Part shown: one piece after another, positions 50,503 through 60,940 of the stretch
Layout of the letters: the number at the start of each line of letters is the position of its first letter
Position numbering within the stretch: the first letter of the stretch is position 1
DNA from: Acholeplasmataceae bacterium
Lineage (GTDB): Bacteria; Bacillota_I; Bacilli_A; Acholeplasmatales; Acholeplasmataceae
DNA: 64,000 nt
Direction of reading: 5' to 3'
Assembly (NCBI GenBank): GCA_963675245.1
Contig: OY775910.1
Coordinates: forward strand, 480,001 to 544,000
The notes under the pieces: generated by a model
Seen by the model: the letters and a program-made list of their open reading frames with translations, nothing else
What the model was told of the DNA's origin: nothing
Databases searched by the model: none
Made by a program: the position numbers and the translations under genes

Positions 50503-52716
50503 CTAGCCAATATAACCCCAAATAACCGGTCTTGCACTTGGATTCCAATTCACATGCCAACTTACTGGTTGTGAACTTGCTCTCGCATAAATGGTGATTG
50601 CTGAAGCATCTAAAAATGCGTTATCTCCCATATTTATCACTGTGTTAGGAATAACAATAGATACCAAAGAAATCGTTTGTCTAAACGCATTCTCGCCAAT
50701 CGTCATTAGTTGGCTTTCGGACTCTAATGTGAATGATGCCATATTGATAGCGCCATAAAATGCATAAGCACCTATTAACGTTACACTATTTGGTAAATCA
50801 AAACTTGTTAATGCATTTGCACTATAAAACGCATAGTCTCCAAGCATTTCTAATTGACTGTCCGCTTCAAACGCAAATGTTGTCATATGTGATGTGTATG
50901 AAAATGCAAAATCTCCAATCGTTGTCACACTTGCAGGAACAGTAAATGTCACGAAATCACAACTACTAAAAGATGAATATCCGATACTATCCAGTTGACT
51001 GTCTGCGTCAAACGTGATTTCGGTTAAATCGGTACCTGAGAATGCACTGCTACCAATGGATTGAACTGTGCTTGGTATTAATATGGATGTTATTCCGGTA
51101 CCCACAAAAGCTTCATCACCAATCTCTGTAATTCCATGATTTAATGTGATGTTTGAAATGGTATTTGCGTTTAAAAATGCTTGATCACCAATAGTTGTTT
51201 CATCTGTAATGATGACCGTGTTAAGCAACTCAGGAATAAAGTAATTATTTGCTGGATAACTACCAAACGATTCATCTCCAAAGATATATTCTAAATGACC
51301 GAATTGTGCTGAATAACTACTTCCATCTCTCACTCTTCCAACAAAAGGTAACGTGATAGATGTTAGACTACCCATGCCTGCAAAAGCACCAAATTCAATT
51401 GTTTGAACGCTGTTTGGTATGACTAAAGATGCGATAGATATATCCATGTTAAACGCATATTGTCCAATGTGTTGCAATTGTGAGTTTTCTTCGAATGTCA
51501 CAGATGATAAATTAATCGTATATGCAAGTGCATAATTACCAATATATAGAACTGTATTAGGAATAACAATCTCAGATAATCCAGCACAATGTATAAAGGC
51601 TGATGCTTCTATATTTACCAGTTGTGATCCTGTTTCAAGAGAAACAGCATCAGCTTTGTTAACATCATAAAAAACTTCAGAACCTAATGTTTTAGTGGTT
51701 GCTGGAATGACAAAATCTTCTATATTAGTGGCTTGATAAAAAGCTTGTGTACCAATTTCTTCTAATTGTGTTCCTTCAGCAAACACAACATTGACCAATT
51801 TGCTATTTTGGTAGAATGCTCTACTGCCAATCTTTTTAACATTCGCTGGAATCAATACGGATTCTATGATTGTATTATTTGAAAAGGCTTCTTGTCCAAT
51901 TTCTGAAACCGGATATCCATTATAGACGTTGGGTATTTCTACATAACGATCATTACCCATATAACTGACCAAGTAATAGGATTGGCCATCTGAATTAACA
52001 GCAAACTCAAAATTCCCGGTTTGTTGTATCGTCAAATCGGTATAACCTGCAAAAACACCTGTATCGATATCACCTATCCACCAATTGCCATTATTTCCGA
52101 TAAAAGGCGTTAAACCGTTTATACCATCTGTACCATCAAAACCGTTTGCTCCGTTCACGCCATCAATACCATCAGCACCGTCAACTCCAGGATCACCTTG
52201 AGCACCAATTAAATCCTCAATCGCATACAAATTCACCCAAATGGAATCTCCAACGAGTTGCCATTGAATGTATCCTTCAGCGACTCTTAATGCAACATTC
52301 TTTCCGTCATTGCCTTGAATGGATTCAAGCCAATCCTCGTATGTTCCTGTGACTAAATTCGCCTCAAAACCTAGCAGATAAATTTGTTCCATGGTTGCGT
52401 CTAATTCACTCACTAAAGAAATGGTTAATTCGGTTGATAAACCTTCATAATAAACCGTCAAATCATGCACACCAACTATTGAAAGTAGCGCTAAATCATT
52501 CGTGCTTAAAAGATCTTCCGATAGCATTACTAAGTCATTTGATCCATCCGAATAATGAACAACCAACTGAATGTTTTCTAGTTCAAATTCATCTATCATA
52601 TATGTATCCAATACCGTGGCATCATTGACTACAATAGATTCAATAACTGTTTCTTCACTACATCCAGACACAACAAACAACAATAAAAACACCAACAATA
52701 TAAACATTCTCTTCAT
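50503..52716 (-). CDS. Surface lipoprotein with Ig-like N-terminus, collagen-like Gly-X-Y stretch and BspA-type leucine-rich repeats
   Basis: Lipobox VSGC; GAQGDPGVDGADGIDGVNGANGFDGTDGING; many IPxxVxxIGxxAF repeats. Confidence 0.85.
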   Translation of the reverse strand: MKRMFILLVFLLLFVVSGCSEETVIESIVVNDATVLDTYMIDEFELENIQLVVHYSDGSNDLVMLSEDLLSTNDLALLSIVGVHDLTVYYEGLSTELTISLVSELDATMEQIYLLGFEANLVTGTYEDWLESIQGNDGKNVALRVAEGYIQWQLVGDSIWVNLYAIEDLIGAQGDPGVDGADGIDGVNGANGFDGTDGINGLTPFIGNNGNWWIGDIDTGVFAGYTDLTIQQTGNFEFAVNSDGQSYYLVSYMGNDRYVEIPNVYNGYPVSEIGQEAFSNNTIIESVLIPANVKKIGSRAFYQNSKLVNVVFAEGTQLEEIGTQAFYQATNIEDFVIPATTKTLGSEVFYDVNKADAVSLETGSQLVNIEASAFIHCAGLSEIVIPNTVLYIGNYALAYTINLSSVTFEENSQLQHIGQYAFNMDISIASLVIPNSVQTIEFGAFAGMGSLTSITLPFVGRVRDGSSYSAQFGHLEYIFGDESFGSYPANNYFIPELLNTVIITDETTIGDQAFLNANTISNITLNHGITEIGDEAFVGTGITSILIPSTVQSIGSSAFSGTDLTEITFDADSQLDSIGYSSFSSCDFVTFTVPASVTTIGDFAFSYTSHMTTFAFEADSQLEMLGDYAFYSANALTSFDLPNSVTLIGAYAFYGAINMASFTLESESQLMTIGENAFRQTISLVSIVIPNTVINMGDNAFLDASAITIYARASSQPVSWHVNWNPSARPVIWGYIG

Positions 52717-52786
52717 TTATAAACCCTCCTTTATATCAAAAGAAAAAAGGCTGAGTTTTATTATCCTCAGCCTCTGTTAAAGTGTC

Positions 52787-53143
52787 TTATTTAATTTTCG
52801 CACCAAATGGGAATAATGCCAGTATAGCTAACTTAAACCATTGCAGCCCAAAGGGAATACCGATGATCGTCATACAATAGAAAACACCAACACCAATATA
52901 GAGAATAAATGTTTCCCAACCACCGATGATAATCCAAATAATATTCATAATCGAATGTTTACCAAAATCGGATACGACATCGGATCCAAATGGCCATAAA
53001 ACAAATCTTGAGAACTTAAAGAATTGTAGACCAAACGGAATACCAATAATGGTGGCACATAACACCAATCCGACAACAAACCACGCTAGTGCCGCCAACA
53101 ATCCTCCAAAAAGAACCCAAATTAAATTGCCAATTAATCTCAT
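52787..53143 (-). CDS. YccF-domain membrane protein
   Basis: Internal duplication N(L/I)IW..(F/I)GG...TIIGIPFGLQ.FK...L(W/F)PFG. Confidence 0.9.
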   Translation of the reverse strand: MRLIGNLIWVLFGGLLAALAWFVVGLVLCATIIGIPFGLQFFKFSRFVLWPFGSDVVSDFGKHSIMNIIWIIIGGWETFILYIGVGVFYCMTIIGIPFGLQWFKLAILALFPFGAKIK

Positions 53144-53179
53144 ATATCCACCATCGTTTTCTTTTATCTTATCACATCA

Positions 53180-54904
53180 TTATCCAATTAACGTATATCT
53201 TATCACAAATGGTGTAGCTGGATATCCCATACTCTTATTAAAGTGTATAAAATATTGTCCTTGTTCCAAATACAATATGATTGAATGATTATTTTCACCA
53301 AGGAACAAGTTTACATGCTCTATGGTTGTTGTTTCTAAAGGAAAGTATAATACTGCATTAAGGGGTTGTTCATATAAGAGATAGTCAACTTCGATAAGAT
53401 ATGTTCCAGATGTAGGTACATCAAAATTTATTCTTTGTTTTAAGTCATAGGAAATAAATATTTGATCATAATTTTCTGTGAGTTCCAGAAAATCACCATC
53501 ATAATTATGAACATCATAATATGTACTTCGAATAATTTGGATTGTACCTTCATTCACTTGATCATTTAAATTCCTAAGATATAATGAATCTCCACTATGC
53601 AAGAGTAAATCATAATATCTCTCATCGTTGTAAAGATATGCGTATACATCCTCTGGGTAAAATGCATCTCTACTCACCAATAAGTCGGTATTTTCACATA
53701 AATCGTATATAATAACCAATTGTGTTTCATCATAATTGTGTGAAAATCTAACATAATCATAATATCCATCTAAACGATAATCATACGATTCAATACTCTC
53801 TAAACTAATGTTTTCATGGGTTTTGAAAGCTTCTTCTTCGTCCTTGCTAATCATAAAATAAGTTTCTGTGAAAGAGTTCAAATTGACTTCAACATAGTAA
53901 ACGCCTGATGATGGGATTTTAATACCACTTCTAATTCCAAATACTCCAAGAACATCAATTGGAATGTTGGGATTAGCGTCTGAGTAAAATCTTGGAACAA
54001 CATTATAATCATTTGATTCCACTTGATAATAACCTTCATCTAAATAAATGCAATAATATACATGGCCGTAATAATCATAAGGATTTTTGCTAAGATCAAT
54101 CTTTTGATCTAATTCAATGTTTTCTGCCCGTGAAATACTGCTGTTATCTAGCATTATAAACCTTTGCTCATTGTTTACTTCTATTGGTGATTCACCTGGA
54201 GTAAGTCTAGAGATAATTTCTATCTCAAAAGTGTCAGTAACTGTGATTTCTCCTTGAATAGCATCAATATGAGTATATTCTAAATCACACACGGTTTTAA
54301 TTGAGATTTGAATATGTCCATCAAAATTAAACTCTAAAGTTGTATCCGAATTCATAAGTTTATATAGTGTTTCATCATCAACACCATTAAGAATTTGATC
54401 ATACTCTTTGAAGATATCTATTTCAAGAAGTTTGGAAAGTTTCATCCGTGATTCATATGTATTATTATCAATTTTACGAAGATTGGGTAACTCGAACCTA
54501 ACTTGTCCAATGACATCTTCTTTCGTGATTAGATTTAAATCTAATAATTCTTTTTCACTTATCTCTTCTGATAAATATAGTTTATCTTCATCATATTCTT
54601 CATTTAAATAAGTTTTATAATATTTATCGTTTTCATCTGCATAAACAATATAACTACTTTCTCTATCTTCCATATATATATAAAACGGATCAATTCCCAT
54701 TTCAAACTGTTTTGATGTCGTAATTGTATATCCTGCAAACCTTGTTGAAATCTCTTGATAAACATAAAGAACATTTTGTTCCATAATTTGAAGTTCCATT
54801 GAGGTTATATCATCTTGTAATTCTCTTACTGCAATACCTGTGCAACTAAATAAAGTTAAAACAAGTATAAAAGATATACAAAGTAACAATATTTTCTTAG
54901 CCAT
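53180..54904 (-). CDS. Hypothetical lipoprotein, Tyr/Asp-rich
   Basis: Lipobox LFSC; C-terminal half has repeated G(Y/V/T/Q)Y(Y/Q/L/F) motifs resembling beta-sandwich units. Confidence 0.6.
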   Translation of the reverse strand: MAKKILLLCISFILVLTLFSCTGIAVRELQDDITSMELQIMEQNVLYVYQEISTRFAGYTITTSKQFEMGIDPFYIYMEDRESSYIVYADENDKYYKTYLNEEYDEDKLYLSEEISEKELLDLNLITKEDVIGQVRFELPNLRKIDNNTYESRMKLSKLLEIDIFKEYDQILNGVDDETLYKLMNSDTTLEFNFDGHIQISIKTVCDLEYTHIDAIQGEITVTDTFEIEIISRLTPGESPIEVNNEQRFIMLDNSSISRAENIELDQKIDLSKNPYDYYGHVYYCIYLDEGYYQVESNDYNVVPRFYSDANPNIPIDVLGVFGIRSGIKIPSSGVYYVEVNLNSFTETYFMISKDEEEAFKTHENISLESIESYDYRLDGYYDYVRFSHNYDETQLVIIYDLCENTDLLVSRDAFYPEDVYAYLYNDERYYDLLLHSGDSLYLRNLNDQVNEGTIQIIRSTYYDVHNYDGDFLELTENYDQIFISYDLKQRINFDVPTSGTYLIEVDYLLYEQPLNAVLYFPLETTTIEHVNLFLGENNHSIILYLEQGQYFIHFNKSMGYPATPFVIRYTLIG

Positions 54905-55007
54905 AAATAATTCCCCGCGATTATCTTTTAACTAATTATATCATATTAAAATTCGTGAAAGTTACATGTTTATAAATATAAAAAAAAAGAACCCTTATCA
55001 GGATTCT

Positions 55008-55703
55008 TTAAAATGTGCACTCACCTTCATCTGTACAGGTTTCACCTTCACCCATCGTTTGGATTGGGTTTTCTTCTGTCCAAATTTGCCGTAACGCTTG
55101 TAAGAAATAATCTGTTTGTTGTGCACCAGATACACCATATTTTCTGTTAATCACGAAGAATGGGACACCTTGAACACCAATTTGCCTACCTTCATCCATT
55201 TGATCCTTGACAGCATCACCGTATTTGCCTGATTCAAGGACATCTTTCGCTTCTGTTTCATCAAGTCCTACCTCTACTGCAAGTTTAACTAAAGTGTCAA
55301 TATCAGCTAAATTAAGGCCATCTGTGAAGTAAGCTTTCATTAAACGTGATGTGAGTTTATCTTCTAACCCTTTTTCGTTTGCAAGTTTCGCTAAGCGATG
55401 GGCATCAAATGTGTTCGTCATTTGAATGATATCGTAATTGTATGTTAGACCTACTGTTTTAGCGTTTTGAGCAAACATCTGAAATCTTTGTTTCGCATCG
55501 GCTGGACTCATACCATGTCCTTCTGCAAACGCCTCATGAGCAGATTTTGTCATCACCTTTGGTGCATAAGGATTTAATTGATATGCTTTATAATCAATTT
55601 CTATTTGATCTTTGTGTTCGAATTGACTTAACGCTTGTTCGAATCTTGTTTTACCAATATAACAAAACGGACAAGCAAAGTCTGACCATATTTCTATTTT
55701 CAT
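55008..55703 (-). CDS. DsbA/FrnE-family thiol oxidoreductase
   Basis: IEIWSDFACPFCYIG, NTFDAHRL, GVQGVPFF. Confidence 0.93.
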   Translation of the reverse strand: MKIEIWSDFACPFCYIGKTRFEQALSQFEHKDQIEIDYKAYQLNPYAPKVMTKSAHEAFAEGHGMSPADAKQRFQMFAQNAKTVGLTYNYDIIQMTNTFDAHRLAKLANEKGLEDKLTSRLMKAYFTDGLNLADIDTLVKLAVEVGLDETEAKDVLESGKYGDAVKDQMDEGRQIGVQGVPFFVINRKYGVSGAQQTDYFLQALRQIWTEENPIQTMGEGETCTDEGECTF

Positions 55704-55830
55704 GATAAATACCTCCTATTTGGTTCGACATTATTATAACACCGACTTTTTATAACATGATTAATTTTGCTTAAATTTTTGCGTTTATTTAACTATTATA
55801 TTCAAAGTAAAGCGCCAATGGCGCTTAACC

Positions 55831-56370
55831 TTATACTTCTCTAATATCTATAGCGTCTACTTCTGTAGGTGTTGAACGACCGAATACATCGATATTGACA
55901 GTGATCTTTTCCTGATCATTATCAACGAATGTGACTTCGCCTTTCATCCCTTGGAATGCGCCGTTTAGAATTTCAACATGTTTTCCAATAAGGTGATCGT
56001 ATGTTGGTTTTTGCATTACACCAATCTTTAACAAGATTTGGTTGATTTCATCTGGTGCAAGCGGTACAGGTTTTGTCCCACCACCTGATGAACCCAAGAA
56101 CCCTGTAACACGTGGTGTATTTCTGACAACGAACCATGATTCGTCTGTAACCATCATTTCAACAAATACGTAACCAGGGAAAATTTGTTTTACTTTTTCT
56201 TTTTGTTTACCATCCGCTTTTGTTTCTATAATTGTTTCTTCAGGAACAATCACACGGAAGATGTAGTCTGACATGCCCATTGAGTCAACGCGACGTTCCA
56301 AGTCGAGTTTAACGGCATTTTCATAGCCGGAATACGTTTGGATGATATACCAACGTACTTTCGGGGTCAT
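55831..56370 (-). CDS. nusG: Transcription termination/antitermination factor NusG
   Basis: WYIIQTYSGYE, FPGYVFVEM, VRNTPRVTGF, KOW-like C-terminus. Confidence 0.98.
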   Translation of the reverse strand: MTPKVRWYIIQTYSGYENAVKLDLERRVDSMGMSDYIFRVIVPEETIIETKADGKQKEKVKQIFPGYVFVEMMVTDESWFVVRNTPRVTGFLGSSGGGTKPVPLAPDEINQILLKIGVMQKPTYDHLIGKHVEILNGAFQGMKGEVTFVDNDQEKITVNIDVFGRSTPTEVDAIDIREV

Positions 56371-56789
56371 ATGATATTACCTACTAATAATTGAGTAATC
56401 AGGAAGTCGAATAGTAATAAGAAGCCTGTTAAGATGATTAAGAAAACGACGACACGTGCTGAGTTATCAGCAAACTTCGCCCAACCTGCCCAAGAAATCT
56501 TCTTTAATTCTGGAATTGCTGGTAAAAAGAATGGATAAACAACCAAAACAATCCCAAAGAGTGATATAACGAGTAATACCCATGAGAAAATGAAGAAATT
56601 GGTTCCGCCAATAAGTGGGAAATCTTCACCAGGGGGATTAATCCAAGGAACACCTACTAAGATTGCTACTGCAAGAGCTGCAGAAATAACTGCTAATACA
56701 CCTAGCAGTAAATTTTCCCAACGATATTCTTTTGTTAGGACTTCAATGAGCTTTCCTTTTTGCTCAGTTGATTTTTGTTTAATTGCCAT
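56367..56789 (-). CDS. secE: Preprotein translocase SecE (long, 3 predicted TM)
   Basis: ELKKISW motif before the last TM; between rpmG and nusG. Confidence 0.85.
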   Translation of the reverse strand: MAIKQKSTEQKGKLIEVLTKEYRWENLLLGVLAVISAALAVAILVGVPWINPPGEDFPLIGGTNFFIFSWVLLVISLFGIVLVVYPFFLPAIPELKKISWAGWAKFADNSARVVVFLIILTGFLLLFDFLITQLLVGNII

Positions 56790-56801
56790 GGCTATGGCCT
56801 C

Positions 56802-56951
56802 CTATTTACTTTCTTTGTGCACGGTGTGTTCGTTGCATTTAGGACAATATTTTTTCACTTCTAATCGTTTTGTCTGAGTCGCTTTGTTCTTCGTTGTCGT
56901 ATAATTACGACTTAAACATTTCGTACACACCAATATAACTTTTTCACGCAT
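56802..56951 (-). CDS. rpmG: 50S ribosomal protein L33 (four-Cys form); not in the ORF track
   Basis: Hand translation [49 protein letters not shown]. Confidence 0.96.
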   Translation of the reverse strand: MREKVILVCTKCLSRNYTTTKNKATQTKRLEVKKYCPKCNEHTVHKESK

Positions 56952-57026
56952 TAAAAAACCACCTCTGTGGTCATTTGCAAATGTATTTTAACACTATTAA
57001 ATGACCTAAGTCAACTCTAATCTACA

Positions 57027-57527
57027 TTATAGCATATTTTTATACTTTTCTTTGATACGATATATCGTATTGTATACCTGTTTTTTTGATCTACCAAGTT
57101 CAGTTGCTATCTTGCTGATTGCTCGTTGTTCAATAAAATAGGCTTGATAAACATCTTTTTCAACATCTGAACACATCATCAAAAAACAATCAATTGTTTC
57201 ATCAATATAATACTTGCCTTGTGTAAAAGCAGATTCATCTTTAAGTATGTATTTCGGTAACTTTCTAATTAAATAATAAAAATGTCTTTTCAAGATAAGT
57301 TCGAAGTAACGCATGAATGTTTTATTTCTTGTTTCATTAAATGTTTTTACCGCTTTATAGAGCATTAAAATGCCTTCTTGAAAAAAATCATCATGCTCGT
57401 GATAATCAACATTTAACAAATGGACTTGTTTCCAAATAAATCGATAATATTTTGAATAAAGAAAATCTAATGCGATGTAACACTTTTCAAATTGGATAAG
57501 ATAGATCAGTTCATAATCATTCATCAA
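57027..57527 (-). CDS. Alternative sigma-70 factor, SigH/ComX-like
   Basis: DDFFQEGILMLYKAVKTFN (region 2), ISKIATELGRSKKQVYNTIYRIK (region 4); sigH position between rlmB and rpmG. Confidence 0.8.
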   Translation of the reverse strand: MMNDYELIYLIQFEKCYIALDFLYSKYYRFIWKQVHLLNVDYHEHDDFFQEGILMLYKAVKTFNETRNKTFMRYFELILKRHFYYLIRKLPKYILKDESAFTQGKYYIDETIDCFLMMCSDVEKDVYQAYFIEQRAISKIATELGRSKKQVYNTIYRIKEKYKNML

Positions 57528-58215
57528 GTGTTTGATACATCATTAAAGCTGCTGCTACACTTACGTTTAAGGAATTAATTTTGCCATACATTGGAATTTT
57601 AACTAAATAGTCGCAATTTTGTTTAACGAGTGGACGCATGCCGCTTCCTTCATTTCCCAATATGATCGCTGTTGATTGATCTTTAGGAATGTCGTTATAT
57701 AACTTGTCGGTATTGCCATCCGTACCAATGACCCATATGTTGTGATCTTTAAGTTTCTTAATGGTATTGTTAATATTTGATACTAAGATAATAGGTACAT
57801 GCTCAATCGCTCCAGATGACACTTTCGCAACAGTCGCGTTTAATGGTACTTGATTATTTTTAGACAAAATAATCGCGGTGAGTTTTGTCGCCTCTGCTGT
57901 TCTTAAAATTGCGCCAAGATTATGAGGATCTTCAATACCATCTAAAACCACAAAACGTTTCTTACCTTCTTTTTCTAAATACGGTTCCAGTTCAGCATAC
58001 TGATAATCATCAACATCAGCAACCAACCCTTGATGTGTAGCATTTTTCGACAAATGATTTAGTTTTTCCTTATTAACGCGTGTATAGCGAACATCTTTAT
58101 CCGCTAAAAATTTCAAAAAATACTGATCGTTAAATCGTTCATCTACATATAAAGCATGAAACTTACGATTTGCGAACACAGCTTCTCTGATGACGTTTTT
58201 ACCATAAACAATCAT
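57517..58215 (-). CDS. rlmB: 23S rRNA (G2251-2'-O)-methyltransferase
   Basis: LDGIEDPHNLGAILRTA, GNEGSG, IPMYGKINSLNVSVAAA (SPOUT). Confidence 0.93.
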   Translation of the reverse strand: MIVYGKNVIREAVFANRKFHALYVDERFNDQYFLKFLADKDVRYTRVNKEKLNHLSKNATHQGLVADVDDYQYAELEPYLEKEGKKRFVVLDGIEDPHNLGAILRTAEATKLTAIILSKNNQVPLNATVAKVSSGAIEHVPIILVSNINNTIKKLKDHNIWVIGTDGNTDKLYNDIPKDQSTAIILGNEGSGMRPLVKQNCDYLVKIPMYGKINSLNVSVAAALMMYQTLDE

Positions 58216-58278
58216 AATCTATCCCTCCATCAAGAGTATATATTTTTTTATATCATGAAATCCAATATTTTTTTGAAC

Positions 58279-58302
58279 AAAAGAGCGCTGAGCGCTCTTC
58301 TT
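58279..58302. terminator. Intrinsic terminator after the P-type ATPase gene
   Basis: AAAAGAGCGC-tga-GCGCTCTT. Confidence 0.7.
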
Positions 58303-58303
58303 A

Positions 58304-60940
58304 TTATTGCATATCAGCTAATTTATTAATAACAACCCTAATAAATTCTTTAACCCATCTGACAATATTTGATGTGATATACATGAGTGGATACGTTGCT
58401 TGAATAAGTACAATCATCAATAAGATTTGTGGTGCAGTTAGGCTTTCTGGTGTACCACCAAAGTAATCAAAATAGAAGATTGGTGTCAAATTAAGCATGT
58501 ATGGAATGAGGAATATCGTCATAATGAACGCACCAGCCATCGCGAAGAATAAGATACGTCTGACCTTATTAAATGGCGTTGCAACTCTATATAACACCAT
58601 GAGTGATGTAAATGTAGCAACGATAACCACCAATGTGGTTGTCACATTGTCAGTCATACCTAGACTAGCTTCTAATCCAAAGATAATTAAACTGTTTATT
58701 ACAACGACTATCGCGCCAGGTAATGCAGATTTTAAAATGTTACTTAAGAATTTACCAGTCACTTGTTTATTATTGTGTTCAAGTGCTAAGAAGAAACCTG
58801 GAATACCAATCATAAAGACTTCAATCATTGATAACTGTAATGGACTGATTGGATAATATCCTTGTCTAATAATCGCGATCAAAGCGAGTAAGAAACTAAA
58901 AATTGTTTTTGTTAGAAACAACGTTGATACACGTTGTACGTTATTAATAACACGTCTTCCTTCAGCAACCACTTTAGGCATTGAACTGAAATTTGAATCC
59001 AACAATACTAAGTGTGATACGTTACGTGCTGCTTCAGATCCTGAAGCCATCGCGATGGATGTATCCGCCTCTTTAAGCGCTAAAATATCATTAACACCAT
59101 CACCAGTCATCGCGACTGTCTTACCATTATTTTTTAATGCTTCAATTAAAATTCTCTTTTGTTGTGGAGATACTCGTCCAAAGACCGTATATCTTGAAGC
59201 AATTCTAACAATTTCTTTATCGGTCATCTTTTCAAGAGAAATATACTTATCAGCACCTTCGACGTTTGCACGTTCTGCAATTCGTGAAACAGTGGCTGGA
59301 TTATCCCCTGAAATAACTTTGATATCAACGCCATATTCTCGGAAATAATTAATTGTTTCAACAGCATCAGGTCTAATTGTATCTTCAATCATAATGAGTG
59401 CCATTGGTGTGACTACACCTTTGACTGTTTGTCCTTCAATATCACCTGAAGCATAGGCTACGACTAATACACGATATCCTTCTTTAGATTGTTTTTCAAC
59501 TTCTTGATCAATTTTTGAAAAGCCATCTTTCATAACATATTCAGGTGCACCTAATAAGAACGTACCATAACGATCAAATTGGACGGCACTAAACTTACGA
59601 GCACTAGAAAATGGAATAATTGCTTTATGACGAAAACGTTTGGCTGTACCAAAACGTTCTTTTAAGGCTTGTGAGGTTAAATTATCATCTGATTGTGCGT
59701 TAAGTAACGCCGGAATTAAATTCTTAAGTGGAATCTTAGAGTCATGCTTATATTCAATAATGGATTTAACAGACATCGTACCATCGGTAATCGTTCCTGT
59801 CTTATCCAAACATAACGTGTCAACTCGTGCTAACATTTCAATACAGTAAATTTCTTGAACAAGTGTGTTATTTTGAGCAAGTCTAATAACACCAACTGCA
59901 AGTGCCATAGATGTTAACAAGAAGAGTCCAGAAGGAATCATTCCGATCATCGCACCGGCGGTTTTCTCAACAATATTCGAATATTCAGCCATACCACCTT
60001 GTTGATACATTAAATAGAATAGTACGCCACCAATCGGAATAATAAGTGCGCCACCTACGCGAATAATCATGCGAAGTGAATTTAACAATTCAGATTTTGG
60101 TTTACTATATTTTTTCGCTTGATTCGTTAACTTTTGAATATAAATATCTTTTCCTACTGCTGTTACTTGTGCATGTGCACTACCAGAAATGACATAAGAC
60201 CCTGAATATAACGTATCACCAGCACGTTTAATTATCGCGTCAGATTCACCCGTTAAAAGGGATTCATTGACTTCTATTAAGCCATCTCTTACAACAGCAT
60301 CTGCAGGAATTTGTTTACCTGAAGTTAATCTTAAGATATCGTCAATAACCACATCTGTAATGGCAATCTCAACTTCATCACGGTCTCTAATCACTACCGC
60401 AGTAGGCGCTGATAAGAGTGATAACTGATCAATGGTCTTCTTCGCTCTAATTTCTTGAATAATACCAATCGTGATGTTTAATGAAATAACCGTCATGAAC
60501 GGTACTGCTTGGAAAAATGAGACACCTGAGGCTAACATCCATATTGCAATACCAAACGTTAATATATTGAATAGCGTGAGTAAATTACCGAAAATGATAG
60601 CAGGAATACTCTTCGTTGATCCCATATCTCCAGTATTAGCCATACCAGCCATTTGTCTATATTCAACCTCTTCTGTTGTTAAACCTTTATCAACATCAGG
60701 GTTATATCTTTCAACAACGATATCATCTCTAGATCTTATTTTATCTTTCACATCTAGACCTGTTTCTGGTTCATCATCAAGTGGTACGTGCAAGCCTAAA
60801 GGATCGCCCTTCATTTGGACGAGTTTTTCTTTAACAACAGTCTTAGGCCCTTTTTTCTTTTCTTCAGGTTTGTCTTCTAAAAGACTATCTAGTGACTGTT
60901 TCTTCAGTTGATCATCAACTGTTTTTTCCATATTAAACAC
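58304..60940 (-). CDS. P-type ATPase (CtpE-like, substrate unknown)
   Basis: LTGES, DKTGT phosphorylation site, SGDN, GRVSP, TGDGVND; TM4 reads IPSGL. Confidence 0.92.
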   Translation of the reverse strand: MFNMEKTVDDQLKKQSLDSLLEDKPEEKKKGPKTVVKEKLVQMKGDPLGLHVPLDDEPETGLDVKDKIRSRDDIVVERYNPDVDKGLTTEEVEYRQMAGMANTGDMGSTKSIPAIIFGNLLTLFNILTFGIAIWMLASGVSFFQAVPFMTVISLNITIGIIQEIRAKKTIDQLSLLSAPTAVVIRDRDEVEIAITDVVIDDILRLTSGKQIPADAVVRDGLIEVNESLLTGESDAIIKRAGDTLYSGSYVISGSAHAQVTAVGKDIYIQKLTNQAKKYSKPKSELLNSLRMIIRVGGALIIPIGGVLFYLMYQQGGMAEYSNIVEKTAGAMIGMIPSGLFLLTSMALAVGVIRLAQNNTLVQEIYCIEMLARVDTLCLDKTGTITDGTMSVKSIIEYKHDSKIPLKNLIPALLNAQSDDNLTSQALKERFGTAKRFRHKAIIPFSSARKFSAVQFDRYGTFLLGAPEYVMKDGFSKIDQEVEKQSKEGYRVLVVAYASGDIEGQTVKGVVTPMALIMIEDTIRPDAVETINYFREYGVDIKVISGDNPATVSRIAERANVEGADKYISLEKMTDKEIVRIASRYTVFGRVSPQQKRILIEALKNNGKTVAMTGDGVNDILALKEADTSIAMASGSEAARNVSHLVLLDSNFSSMPKVVAEGRRVINNVQRVSTLFLTKTIFSFLLALIAIIRQGYYPISPLQLSMIEVFMIGIPGFFLALEHNNKQVTGKFLSNILKSALPGAIVVVINSLIIFGLEASLGMTDNVTTTLVVIVATFTSLMVLYRVATPFNKVRRILFFAMAGAFIMTIFLIPYMLNLTPIFYFDYFGGTPESLTAPQILLMIVLIQATYPLMYITSNIVRWVKEFIRVVINKLADMQ

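Noticed and set aside
56969..57006. Inverted repeat GGTCATTT...AAATGACC upstream of rpmG as a zinc-regulator site
   Set aside because: Long spacer, no resemblance to a Zur box, and this L33 is the four-Cys form; function cannot be supported
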